A stretch of 48,941 nt of DNA, from the NCBI GenBank assembly GCA_039028075.1, contig JBCCIX010000001.1, positions 1-48,941 on the forward strand, in the 5' to 3' direction. Position numbers and translations under genes: made by a program. The notes beneath the pieces are model-generated. The model was given only the letters and a program-made list of their open reading frames with translations. It made no database searches and had not been told where the DNA came from. Position 1 is the stretch's first letter. Each line of letters starts with the position of its first letter. Shown one piece after another: positions 37,855 to 46,897 of the stretch. Source of the stretch: Bacteroidota bacterium. GTDB taxonomy: Bacteria; Bacteroidota; Bacteroidia; Cytophagales; Cyclobacteriaceae.

Positions 37855-38961
37855 ATGATGTTATTTATAGTGATACCGATCGTTGTTCTGCTCCTGTTTT
37901 TAATGGTGAGCAAATTTTTTACAGACTGGAGCCTTCAGCAGGTAGCCGGTGTTTCTGGAGAGATAGCCACGACCACCTATAAGTATATTGAAAGTCCAGT
38001 ACTAAATGAGTATGTAAAACCGAGTGAGGTCATTAACGGTACTATTTCCACAAAGGATCATGATGATCCTACCGATAATTTTGATCAATCCGCCTTGGAT
38101 GAAGGGTTTGACGCGATAAACAAACTCTTCTTACAAAATTCTACAAGCGAAAATATTAATCAACGTGTGCTCAGTCTGCTTTGCAAGCAACTAAAATGTT
38201 ATCATGCTGCGCTTTATAAGGCTGATGAAGACAAAGAACAATTATCATTAATTTCTGGGTACGGCCTTACGCAATCATCGGATAAGGAAAACATAAACTA
38301 CGGTGATGGAATGATAGGTCAGGCTGTTCTCGATAATGAGCTGATCATTTTACGAGAAGTGCCCTCAGGATACGTCAAAGTGGCTTCCGGTTTGGGACAA
38401 GTAGATCCGCTGTGGATAGGTGTATTTCCACTTTCATTTAAAGGTAAGGCCCATGGGGTAATGGAACTTTGCTTTCTTTATTCCGAGTCACAAACAGTAA
38501 AAACGCACCTGGAAAAAGTAGCTGAGCTTTTTGGCGCTCATTTCTTTAATCAGAAGGTACTCGCTAAGCAATCACAACTGAAGCAATTAGAGGAAGAAAA
38601 GATGAGGAGCGAGGCTATTTTAGAGGGATGCGCAGACGGTTTCATTGGCTTTGATCGCAACGGCATCATTGATTTTTGTAACAAGTCGGCGGCAGAGCTC
38701 TTACGGCTTGATAAGCGTAACATACTGGGTCAAAATATTCGTGACTTACTGGAAGTTGGTATTGATCACGTTGATGACAATACTTACACGCTTACCTATC
38801 ATGGTGATGAAGATGTAATCCTTGAGGAAAAAACGGAAATTCAGTTTACCGATGCACATCAAGAAGAGATTACGGTCTTAGTTACGGCTAACACCATCGC
38901 GGTTGCAGATGATATTCTGTTCACCTTATTCCTTCAGAAGATTTCAGTCGATTTATTTTAA
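37855..38961 (+). CDS. Membrane-anchored GAF-PAS protein without an output domain
   Basis: N-terminal TM; GAF (GDGMIGQ, VASGLG, FPL..G...GVMEL); PAS (ILEGCADG..G.IDFCNKSAAELL...ILG.NI); ends ISVDLF. Confidence 0.8.
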   Translation: MMLFIVIPIVVLLLFLMVSKFFTDWSLQQVAGVSGEIATTTYKYIESPVLNEYVKPSEVINGTISTKDHDDPTDNFDQSALDEGFDAINKLFLQNSTSENINQRVLSLLCKQLKCYHAALYKADEDKEQLSLISGYGLTQSSDKENINYGDGMIGQAVLDNELIILREVPSGYVKVASGLGQVDPLWIGVFPLSFKGKAHGVMELCFLYSESQTVKTHLEKVAELFGAHFFNQKVLAKQSQLKQLEEEKMRSEAILEGCADGFIGFDRNGIIDFCNKSAAELLRLDKRNILGQNIRDLLEVGIDHVDDNTYTLTYHGDEDVILEEKTEIQFTDAHQEEITVLVTANTIAVADDILFTLFLQKISVDLF

Positions 38962-39683
38962 TGCATACACTGTTGACGATATCGACTTCTACTATTCCTA
39001 GTATCTTGAAGGCTTTCGAGTCTCTCGATAGATCTTTAGAACGTATTGAGCATTACGCCTGCGAAGATTTCAGATCGACTAAGAATATACTAGACACGCT
39101 AGATCAGCTCAAAATAGAGCATATAGTCTCTAAAGAAGCAAAGGAACAACTCTCTGCAATAATTAGTAACCTGCAATACGTAGATGTCCTACAACAGAGG
39201 CTCTCTCATGTGCTGAGCATTAACACTATTTTAAAAGAAGAGTTAATTGATTTTAACGAAAGTTCAAAGGGTTCGATTATAGCTTATCAGATGGTCGTGC
39301 AATTAAACTTAAAACAATTTCACGACGCTGTGGATCGCTATCTGCACACCACTGATGCCGTTCATAACGCACTCACGGAGATATCGAAAAATCACAAAAT
39401 GCTGTTTTTGCATATTCCGGAAACCCGAATGCTGTATAAATATAATTCAGAAATTCTTAGAGAGGCTACTATTGTCAGTGAAATTCATGTGAAACAGCTC
39501 TTGAAGTACCGTCATGCTTCCGCTTTTGTTGCGAAAGAATACGTCTCACAAGTCAAGCATATCGCCAGTTTCTACACCATGGAACAAGAACGCATTGTTC
39601 TGGACTCCTTTCTTAGGGGAGAAATGGATTATGAACAAGGCTACGATCTGGACTCCGATAAAGAACAAATAAGTCTTTTTTGA
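38961..39683 (+). CDS. Helical chemotaxis-associated protein with CheZ-like LQxxDxxxQ motif
   Basis: LQYVDVLQQRLSHV, YTMEQER, acidic tail ending QISLF. Confidence 0.6.
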   Translation: MHTLLTISTSTIPSILKAFESLDRSLERIEHYACEDFRSTKNILDTLDQLKIEHIVSKEAKEQLSAIISNLQYVDVLQQRLSHVLSINTILKEELIDFNESSKGSIIAYQMVVQLNLKQFHDAVDRYLHTTDAVHNALTEISKNHKMLFLHIPETRMLYKYNSEILREATIVSEIHVKQLLKYRHASAFVAKEYVSQVKHIASFYTMEQERIVLDSFLRGEMDYEQGYDLDSDKEQISLF

Positions 39684-39684
39684 A

Positions 39685-39996
39685 ATGAAATGTTTAAAAA
39701 CAAGCCTGAGAAAGAATGTATTAAAACTCGTGTTCAGTGGGTTTCTTGAAGCTCGAAATTTGTCTGAAACGCAAGTTGAGATTTTAAAGCAACTGAAGAA
39801 ATCGCCGGCAAAGGTGATAGTAGAAATGAAAAAATATGAAAAAGTCGATTTTGCCTTTATCCAGTTGTTACTGGCCTTGCAAAAAAACTTAAAAGCAATG
39901 GATGTTGAATTCGACTTCAAGCTAAATTTTTCCGAGGAAGATGCAGATCTTCTCTCGAGGTTACACATCAAAAATATATTAGAAACTAAATCTTAA
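39685..39996 (+). CDS. STAS domain protein
   Basis: About 100 aa; VDFAFIQLL motif; position directly before cheY-cheA. Confidence 0.75.
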   Translation: MKCLKTSLRKNVLKLVFSGFLEARNLSETQVEILKQLKKSPAKVIVEMKKYEKVDFAFIQLLLALQKNLKAMDVEFDFKLNFSEEDADLLSRLHIKNILETKS

Positions 39997-40000
39997 AATT

Positions 40001-40360
40001 ATGAACGTATTAGTTGTTGACGATTCTGAAAGTATCCGTGAGCTAGTGGGCATGACCCTAGAGTCAGAAGGGTACAACGTGCATAAATCATCTGACGGTG
40101 TTGAGGCTATTAACCACCTCACAGATGCCAGTGTAGATCTGGTCATTACCGATCTGAATATGCCCAATATGGACGGAATCAGCCTGCTTAAAGAAATAAG
40201 AAAAGATGAATCCAAGGTAGGATTACCAGTACTGCTACTTACCACAGAGTCACAGGTAGCTAAAAAAGAAGAAGCGAAGAAAGAGGGCGCTACCGGTTGG
40301 ATCGTCAAACCATTTGCCCAGGACCGTCTTTTGGCCGTAGTAAAAAAGATTTTAAGATAA
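40001..40360 (+). CDS. cheY: Chemotaxis response regulator CheY
   Basis: Stand-alone REC: VVDDS, ITDLNMPNMDG, LLTTES, WIVKPF; adjacent to cheA. Confidence 0.92.
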   Translation: MNVLVVDDSESIRELVGMTLESEGYNVHKSSDGVEAINHLTDASVDLVITDLNMPNMDGISLLKEIRKDESKVGLPVLLLTTESQVAKKEEAKKEGATGWIVKPFAQDRLLAVVKKILR

Positions 40361-40367
40361 ATTACGA

Positions 40368-42407
40368 ATGGATAATCTTCAGCAAATATTCGTACAAGAA
40401 GCCACCGAATTACTGAGTGAGCTCGAAGAAGTACTGCTTACTTTCGAAAATGACCTAACTGATGCAGAATCCATTGAAAGGATCTTCAGGGTGATGCATA
40501 CGTTGAAAGGTTCGAGTGCGATGTTTGGCTACGAGAAGGTCAATGATTTTACACATGAGTTAGAATACATTTATGATGCCTTGAGAGAAGGTACATTGGT
40601 TGCTACCGAGGAGATTTTGGAGCTAACACTGGAGTCTGTAGACCACCTTAAAATGCTCATAGAAGATCCTGAATCCTCTGATCAGTCTCTGCTCAGCTCC
40701 CAAGTATCCTTACTCGAGAAAATTAAGCAATACAATACCGGACAGGTTGTGGCCAACGTTCCCGAAGTCGGAAAAGCAGCGCCTACTTCAAGTTCACTCT
40801 ATTTCATCGCCTTCAATCCTTTTAAAGACATCTTAAAAAATGGCTCTAACCCCCTGTATTTGTTGGAAGACCTGCTGGCGTTGGGTCAGGCAATAGTACT
40901 GCCCTCTTTCAAAAACATCCCGGATTTGGAGACATTGGTCGTAACAGACTGCTACACCTCTTTTGAAGTAGTGCTGGAAACCACAAGTTCACTGCAAGAA
41001 ATTGAAGATGTTTTTTTATTCGTTGAAGATGCCGCAGAAATTAAAATCGAGCTAATAGCTGAAGACCAAACGCTTGAGGACGGCGTTGCCGACGAGATTC
41101 AATCCATGAGTCGACCCCTCGGGCTTAAGGGCATTTTAGATATGATAAACGGCGATAAAGCCGAAGGTACCGAACCAAAACATCAGGTTCAAAAGAGTAC
41201 ATCTGTTTCGGAAACTAAAAACTCCATAAACTCCATTAGGGTGTCCTCGGATAAATTGGATACTCTCATGAATCAGATTAGCGAGTTAATCACCACCCAA
41301 GCTCGTTTGAGCATGATGGTTAATGGATTAGAGGTAGCCGAATTAGGGGCTATAACAGAGAATATGTCAAAAATTAGCAGGAAGCTTAGAGATAACGCTT
41401 TCTCCATCTGCCTGATTCCAATCGACACACTAGTTATTCGTTTTCAACGACTGGTCAGAGATCTCTCCAAAGAATTAGACAAAAATATCGAATTAGTTAC
41501 GGAAGGCACGGATACCGAGTTAGACAAATCCATTATAGAAAAGCTCAGCGATCCGCTGCTCCATCTCATGAGAAATTGTATTGATCATGGCATTGAGCAC
41601 AAAGATGTCCGGACGCGGCAGGGCAAAGAAGAAAAAGGAACCATCCGTATTGAAGCCTATAATTCCGGCACTAATGTCATTATCAAATTATCCGATGATG
41701 GTGCCGGTATTGACCTGGATAAGGTACGTCAACGCGCCATTGATAAGCAGATAATTACAGAAGACGTTGAGCTTACAGAGCAAGAAATCTATCAGTTGCT
41801 CTTTAAACCGGGCTTTTCAACTGCGGTAGAATTAAGTGATATCAGCGGCCGCGGTGTAGGTATGGACGTAGTAAAACGTGGTATAGAGGATCTTCAAGGT
41901 GATATTTTTATTGCTTCAGAAAAAGGTAAAGGAACTTCCTTTACCATCCGCTTACCCCTTACCTTATCCATAATTGACGGACTTCTAGTTGAAATTGGTG
42001 AAAACACCTACGTTATTCCTCTGCACATGGTAGACAAGTGTTACGAGGTTCCCGCCACTCTACTGACCGATGTACACCAACACTTAGTTCTAGATGGTAA
42101 GCGTATGTCAGTATTCCATCTGAGAGAAGCGCTACAGTGTTCAAAGCCCTCTCCGAAGATGAATCAGATTATCAAAATGAAATTCATGGAAGAAGAGGTG
42201 GGAATTTCTATCGACACCATCATTGGGGAGCACCAAGTTGTACTTAAGCCGTTGGGACATATGTACCGCGACCAAGAACAATTTAGCGGGGCCACGATCC
42301 TTGGGGACGGCACCGTAGCGCTGGTGTTTGACATCAATAAGCTCTTAAAAAAATTAATAAACGAATCATCAAATAATGTAAGCTATGGAAAGCTCAGTTA
42401 TCAATAG
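40368..42407 (+). CDS. cheA: Chemotaxis histidine kinase CheA
   Basis: HPT FRVMHTLKG, SIRV..KLD.L, HLMRNCIDHGIE, DDGAGI, PGFSTA..SGRGVGMDVV, LPLTLSI, C-terminal CheW domain. Confidence 0.97.
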   Translation: MDNLQQIFVQEATELLSELEEVLLTFENDLTDAESIERIFRVMHTLKGSSAMFGYEKVNDFTHELEYIYDALREGTLVATEEILELTLESVDHLKMLIEDPESSDQSLLSSQVSLLEKIKQYNTGQVVANVPEVGKAAPTSSSLYFIAFNPFKDILKNGSNPLYLLEDLLALGQAIVLPSFKNIPDLETLVVTDCYTSFEVVLETTSSLQEIEDVFLFVEDAAEIKIELIAEDQTLEDGVADEIQSMSRPLGLKGILDMINGDKAEGTEPKHQVQKSTSVSETKNSINSIRVSSDKLDTLMNQISELITTQARLSMMVNGLEVAELGAITENMSKISRKLRDNAFSICLIPIDTLVIRFQRLVRDLSKELDKNIELVTEGTDTELDKSIIEKLSDPLLHLMRNCIDHGIEHKDVRTRQGKEEKGTIRIEAYNSGTNVIIKLSDDGAGIDLDKVRQRAIDKQIITEDVELTEQEIYQLLFKPGFSTAVELSDISGRGVGMDVVKRGIEDLQGDIFIASEKGKGTSFTIRLPLTLSIIDGLLVEIGENTYVIPLHMVDKCYEVPATLLTDVHQHLVLDGKRMSVFHLREALQCSKPSPKMNQIIKMKFMEEEVGISIDTIIGEHQVVLKPLGHMYRDQEQFSGATILGDGTVALVFDINKLLKKLINESSNNVSYGKLSYQ

Positions 42408-42924
42408 TCAATCTTATCTAACCTTTAAACTCGATAATGAGATTTTCGGATCGTCCGTAAATCGTGTTCTAGAGATTATAGAGGTGCCAAAGATCACCAG
42501 GGTCCCTCAGGCACCCGAATTTATGAGAGGAGTCATTAATCTGAGGGGTCGTGTGCTACCCGTTATAGACACCCGAATAAAATTTGGAATGTCGGGTATT
42601 GAAGACACCGTAGACACCTGTATTGTAGTACTCAACGTGGAAGTGGACAATCAGGAAATTGTACTTGGGGCTTTAGTAGATGCTATTGAAGCGGTACTAG
42701 ACATTGAGGACCACGAGATTCAAGATCCGCCGGCGTTTCAGTCCGGCTATCGAAGCGACCTCATTACCGGAATGGTAAAGCGAGATGATAATTTCATTCT
42801 CATGCTTGACATGGAAAAAGTATTTAGTTCTCAAGAGATTACAATGCTTAAAGAATCCGAATCGGCAAAAGTGGAAGCGGAAAGAAGTAAATCAAATAAG
42901 AAGAATAATCAAGACGAGGACTGA
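42385..42924 (+). CDS. cheW: Chemotaxis coupling protein CheW
   Basis: [36 protein letters not shown]. Confidence 0.96.
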   Translation: MESSVINSQSYLTFKLDNEIFGSSVNRVLEIIEVPKITRVPQAPEFMRGVINLRGRVLPVIDTRIKFGMSGIEDTVDTCIVVLNVEVDNQEIVLGALVDAIEAVLDIEDHEIQDPPAFQSGYRSDLITGMVKRDDNFILMLDMEKVFSSQEITMLKESESAKVEAERSKSNKKNNQDED

Positions 42925-42967
42925 GAGAGCCTCCAACTCAATTTTTAAAAATCTAAATAGAAAAAAT

Positions 42968-44662
42968 ATGAAACTTACAATTAAAGCAAGGTTAATCACG
43001 GGGTTTTCTCTGTTGATCATTTTAGCCACAGGAATTTATTTTCTTGGAAAATCCAACTTAACCGAAATGAGTGTGAACTTGAACGGATTAGTGGATATTC
43101 AAGTAGAGCGTATTAAAAACTCGCAACGAGCAGCTGAACTTATTCAGCTGATCACCAAAAGGGAGAAAGACTTTTTATTGGAGAAAAAGCTAAATGAAAA
43201 GCAAGCTTACCTTAAAGAGATTTCAGACCGTACGGATGATATGATGGCGGCCATTGAGGCGGTTCGAGGTATATCAGACGAGCGGGGGATTCAAATTCTT
43301 CAGGAGTTCAATAACAACTGGACTGACTACCAAAGAGCTTTTGATAAGATCAAAGCGGCTGGTTTAGTAAATACAGATTCTTCTAATTTAATAGCCTCCA
43401 ACCTATCCGTAACGGAGGCCCGATCAGCGGCGATGAAGTCAATACGAACGCTTTCTCAGTTAGTAACCAAAAATACTAATGCCCTGGAGCAAGCCAAAGA
43501 AGATGCAAATCAACGGTCAGCTCAAGCAGCAACGAATATGTTGATCCTGCTATTTGTTAGTATCCTGATATCGGTGGCGGTTTCTCTTTGGATCATTCGT
43601 TCCGTAATGTCGTCTATTCAGAGCGCTCGCGAGGTAGTTAGTGCTGTATCCGATGGTGATTTGACTATTGAAATCAGGAATACGTCAAATGATGAAATCG
43701 GTGACCTGCTCGATATGATGGGCAAAATGGTAAACAAACTAAAAGAGGTGATGTCATTCGTCAGTAGTTCTTCTGATAACATTGCTACGGCTAGTATCCA
43801 GATGAGTTCGACCTCGCAGTCTATGTCTCAAGGTTCACAGCAGCAAGCGGCCTCGGCTGAGCAGATATCATCTTCTATGGAAGAAATGGTTTCAAACATT
43901 CAGCAGAATACTGATAATGCGCAACAAACCGAGAAGATAGCCTTGAAAGCTTCGGATGATATGCAAGAAGGTAGTCAATCAGTGATCACCACGGTTGAGT
44001 CGATGAAAAAGATTGCTGACAAGATCTCCATCATTGAAGAAATAGCTCGACAAACTAATTTATTAGCGCTTAATGCAGCGGTGGAGGCAGCTAGAGCCGG
44101 TGATCATGGTAAAGGATTTGCCGTGGTAGCTACAGAAGTAAGAAAACTAGCTGAAAGAAGTCAGCTTGCTGCCTCTGAAATTAATGAGCTTTCCAGTAGT
44201 AGTGTTTCTATTGCCGACAAGTCAGGAAAACTATTGGAACAGATCGTACCTAATATTCAGAGTACGGCAAAACTAGTGCAAGAAATTGCGGCATCCAGTA
44301 TTGAGCAGAATTCCGGAGCCGGACAGGTGAACTCCGCGATACAGCAGTTTAACCAAGTGATACAGCAAAATGCCGCCGGTGCCGAAGAAATGGCAGCTAG
44401 CTCAGATGAGCTTTCTTCACAGGCGGAGAACTTAAGAGAGGCTATTGGTTTCTTTAACATTGGCAACAATGTAATAGCTAAAAACATTAAGAAACGCGCT
44501 AATCAGACGGTAGAAACTCAACCGGCATATCAGGAGATTTCTAGGCCTCCTATTAGTAATGGCACGTTGGCTCACGCAGAGCGATCTAATGGTAGCAGCA
44601 ATGGCGTGAAAATAGATCTTGGAGATAGCGACTTTTCAGATAGCGATTTTCAACAGTACTGA
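42968..44662 (+). CDS. Methyl-accepting chemotaxis protein (four-helix-bundle sensor, HAMP, C-terminal pentapeptide)
   Basis: Start placed at ATG 42968; TM-periplasmic-TM, HAMP (DEIGDL), [41 protein letters not shown]-terminus DFQQY. Confidence 0.96.
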   Translation: MKLTIKARLITGFSLLIILATGIYFLGKSNLTEMSVNLNGLVDIQVERIKNSQRAAELIQLITKREKDFLLEKKLNEKQAYLKEISDRTDDMMAAIEAVRGISDERGIQILQEFNNNWTDYQRAFDKIKAAGLVNTDSSNLIASNLSVTEARSAAMKSIRTLSQLVTKNTNALEQAKEDANQRSAQAATNMLILLFVSILISVAVSLWIIRSVMSSIQSAREVVSAVSDGDLTIEIRNTSNDEIGDLLDMMGKMVNKLKEVMSFVSSSSDNIATASIQMSSTSQSMSQGSQQQAASAEQISSSMEEMVSNIQQNTDNAQQTEKIALKASDDMQEGSQSVITTVESMKKIADKISIIEEIARQTNLLALNAAVEAARAGDHGKGFAVVATEVRKLAERSQLAASEINELSSSSVSIADKSGKLLEQIVPNIQSTAKLVQEIAASSIEQNSGAGQVNSAIQQFNQVIQQNAAGAEEMAASSDELSSQAENLREAIGFFNIGNNVIAKNIKKRANQTVETQPAYQEISRPPISNGTLAHAERSNGSSNGVKIDLGDSDFSDSDFQQY

Positions 44663-44674
44663 GAGTGCTCTAAA

Positions 44675-44705
44675 AGGTCAGCTTCCTTAGAAATGAAGCT
44701 GACCT
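44675..44705 (+). terminator. Intra-operon hairpin between mcp and cheR (attenuator or stabiliser)
   Basis: AGGTCAGCTTC-N9-GAAGCTGACCT, perfect 11-bp stem with a weak U-tract. Confidence 0.55.
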
Positions 44706-44734
44706 AATATTCAATTTTTTTAAAAACTAATAAC

Positions 44735-45559
44735 ATGATCGAACTGACTCAGGACGATTTCGGGAGATTTAGTGCCTATGTTTATCAACAGTGTGGCATA
44801 AACCTGACGGCACCTAAGCGAATTTTATTGGAGGGCAGGCTTCAAAAAAGGCTTGTGTCTTTGAACATGAGGTCTTTCAAGGAGTATTACAAACACGTTA
44901 CGAGTCCAGCGGGTAAAGAAGAGCTTGTTCACATGCTTGATTCGGTCTCCACCAATAAAACTGATTTTTTTAGGGAACCAGGTCATTTTGACTTTATCAG
45001 GAATGTTGTTTTACCAGAATTTAGGAATACCAAAGAGAACAAGCCGCTGAGAGTGTGGAGTTCTGCCTGCTCTTCAGGTGAAGAACCTTACACCACCGCC
45101 ATGGTACTCCAGGATCAAATAGAAAACGGAGGGCCTTTTAGCTATGAAATTCTAGCTACGGACATCTCCACTAAGGTGCTCAGGCAAGCGGTAAACGCAG
45201 TCTATCTGGAAGATCGCATAGTTGATGTTCCTCAGCACTTTAGAAAGAAATATTTGCTCAAGAGTAAAGACCCGAAAAAGGCGCTGGTTCGGATTGTTCC
45301 CGAGCTAAGAAAAAAGATCATCTACAAACGCATGAATCTTATGGATGCCGACTACAAATTAGACGTAATGTACGATGTCATTTTTTGTAGAAACGTTTTG
45401 ATCTACTTCGATAAAGAAACTCAAAAAAATGTGGTGCGCAAATTAACACAATACTTAAGACCTGGGGGCTATCTGCTCATCGGACATTCTGAATCGCTGT
45501 TCGAAATGGATTTACCCCTAAAGCAATTAATGCCTGCAACATTTCAAAAAATAATATAG
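44735..45559 (+). CDS. cheR: Chemotaxis methyltransferase CheR
   Basis: STNKTDFFRE..HF, RVWSSACSSGEEPY, ATDIS, IFCRNVLIYF, IGHSE. Confidence 0.96.
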   Translation: MIELTQDDFGRFSAYVYQQCGINLTAPKRILLEGRLQKRLVSLNMRSFKEYYKHVTSPAGKEELVHMLDSVSTNKTDFFREPGHFDFIRNVVLPEFRNTKENKPLRVWSSACSSGEEPYTTAMVLQDQIENGGPFSYEILATDISTKVLRQAVNAVYLEDRIVDVPQHFRKKYLLKSKDPKKALVRIVPELRKKIIYKRMNLMDADYKLDVMYDVIFCRNVLIYFDKETQKNVVRKLTQYLRPGGYLLIGHSESLFEMDLPLKQLMPATFQKII

Positions 45560-45561
45560 AC

Positions 45562-46413
45562 ATGGAAGATAAAAGTAAAAACAAATTTCAGGAACGCATA
45601 AATGAATTAGAAGCTAAAGTGGAAGAGTCTGCACAGCAAATCGCCCTGCTTAGTTGTAAGCTATTGGAGGCGGAGAGTCAGCGGTCTAGTTTTTTAAGCC
45701 ATATCCTTAATGAAATAAATAATCCATTGACCAGCATTCTCGGGTTAACCAATAACATTAGGCGAATGGCCTACAGCAACCCAGAATCTGTGCACAAACA
45801 GGCCAATCTTGCTTACGAGCAAGCCTTTGAACTCGACTATAAAATGCGCAATGTATTTGCTGCAGCAGCCATAGAAGCGGGCACGGCCACGGTGAGACTT
45901 GGTAAAGTTGATGTCTCCGAGATGTTAGACGGAGTTATTCAGGATCTCCACTTTAAAAGTAGTAGGAAAGAACTGGATATTAGGGTAGACAAAAGGATGG
46001 AGAAGCAACATCATTTTAGTACAGATCCTAGCCTTTTGCATGCTATGCTACTCAATCTTATTGGTAATGCCATTGAATTCTCACCCAAAAGTGGTTCCAT
46101 AAAGATCACCTTGGAGGTCGGTGGTATGGGCATTTTGTTTACGATAGAAGACCATGGCTCGGGAATAGATAAAAGCGATCAAAAGTTAATTTTCAGTCGT
46201 TTCAAACAGTTAGACGAGGGAGTAACAAAAACGCATCAAGGTACGGGTTTGGGACTTTCAATTGTAAAAGAATATACGGATCTACTGGGCGGCACACTGG
46301 ATGTCATCAGTGAAAAAGGCGATGGAAGCACCTTTATTTTAGCGCTTCCGGAAGTCGTAAATTATTCAGAAGAATTTGAGGAAGTTTCGTTTGGCGATGA
46401 AGAACTGTTTTGA
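45562..46413 (+). CDS. Sensor-less HisKA/HATPase protein with Asn at the phosphoacceptor His position
   Basis: H-box FLSHILNEINNPL versus canonical FLANMSHELRTPL; NLIGNAIEFS, DHGSGI, GTGLGLSIV intact; ends DEELF. Confidence 0.85.
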   Translation: MEDKSKNKFQERINELEAKVEESAQQIALLSCKLLEAESQRSSFLSHILNEINNPLTSILGLTNNIRRMAYSNPESVHKQANLAYEQAFELDYKMRNVFAAAAIEAGTATVRLGKVDVSEMLDGVIQDLHFKSSRKELDIRVDKRMEKQHHFSTDPSLLHAMLLNLIGNAIEFSPKSGSIKITLEVGGMGILFTIEDHGSGIDKSDQKLIFSRFKQLDEGVTKTHQGTGLGLSIVKEYTDLLGGTLDVISEKGDGSTFILALPEVVNYSEEFEEVSFGDEELF

Positions 46414-46880
46414 TGAATCAAGTAGTAAATATATCCGAAAAACGGCATTTTTTGCTTCCTTCTACTCTTTTCGCTTCAAAAGTTTCCTATGACGTCACTA
46501 CCGTTCTAGGGTCGTGTGTTGCGGTCTGTTTGTACGATCAAAAACTGCAATTCGGAGGTATAAATCACTTTATGCTTCCAGTCTGGAAAGATGAAGGTTT
46601 GGCAACTCCTAAGTATGGAAACATCGCCATACCTCGGCTTATCGACAAAATGACTGATATGGGCTCTGATCGCAAGGATCTGGTCGCTAAGCTATTTGGA
46701 GGAGCTAATAGCCTTATGGAGCATAATGTTTATCAGGTGGGGAAAAGGAATACCCAGGTTGCGCTTGAATTCCTGGATAAATACCATATCCCGGTGCTAA
46801 AGTCAGACACTGGTGGACGCAAAGGGAGAAAAATCATGATGAACACAGCCAGTAACAAAGTTTTTTTAAAATACGTGTAA
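46413..46880 (+). CDS. cheD: Chemoreceptor glutamine deamidase CheD
   Basis: TTVLGSCVAVCLYD, GGINHFMLP, KYG, AKLFGGA, VGKRN, DTGG..GRKI. Confidence 0.94.
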   Translation: MNQVVNISEKRHFLLPSTLFASKVSYDVTTVLGSCVAVCLYDQKLQFGGINHFMLPVWKDEGLATPKYGNIAIPRLIDKMTDMGSDRKDLVAKLFGGANSLMEHNVYQVGKRNTQVALEFLDKYHIPVLKSDTGGRKGRKIMMNTASNKVFLKYV

Positions 46881-46897
46881 TAGGTTTTAAGCGGGCA

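Noticed and set aside
42785-42967. 61-aa N-terminal extension of the MCP in the ORF track
   Set aside because: Overlaps cheW out of frame; ATG 42968 gives the typical MCP start just before TM1
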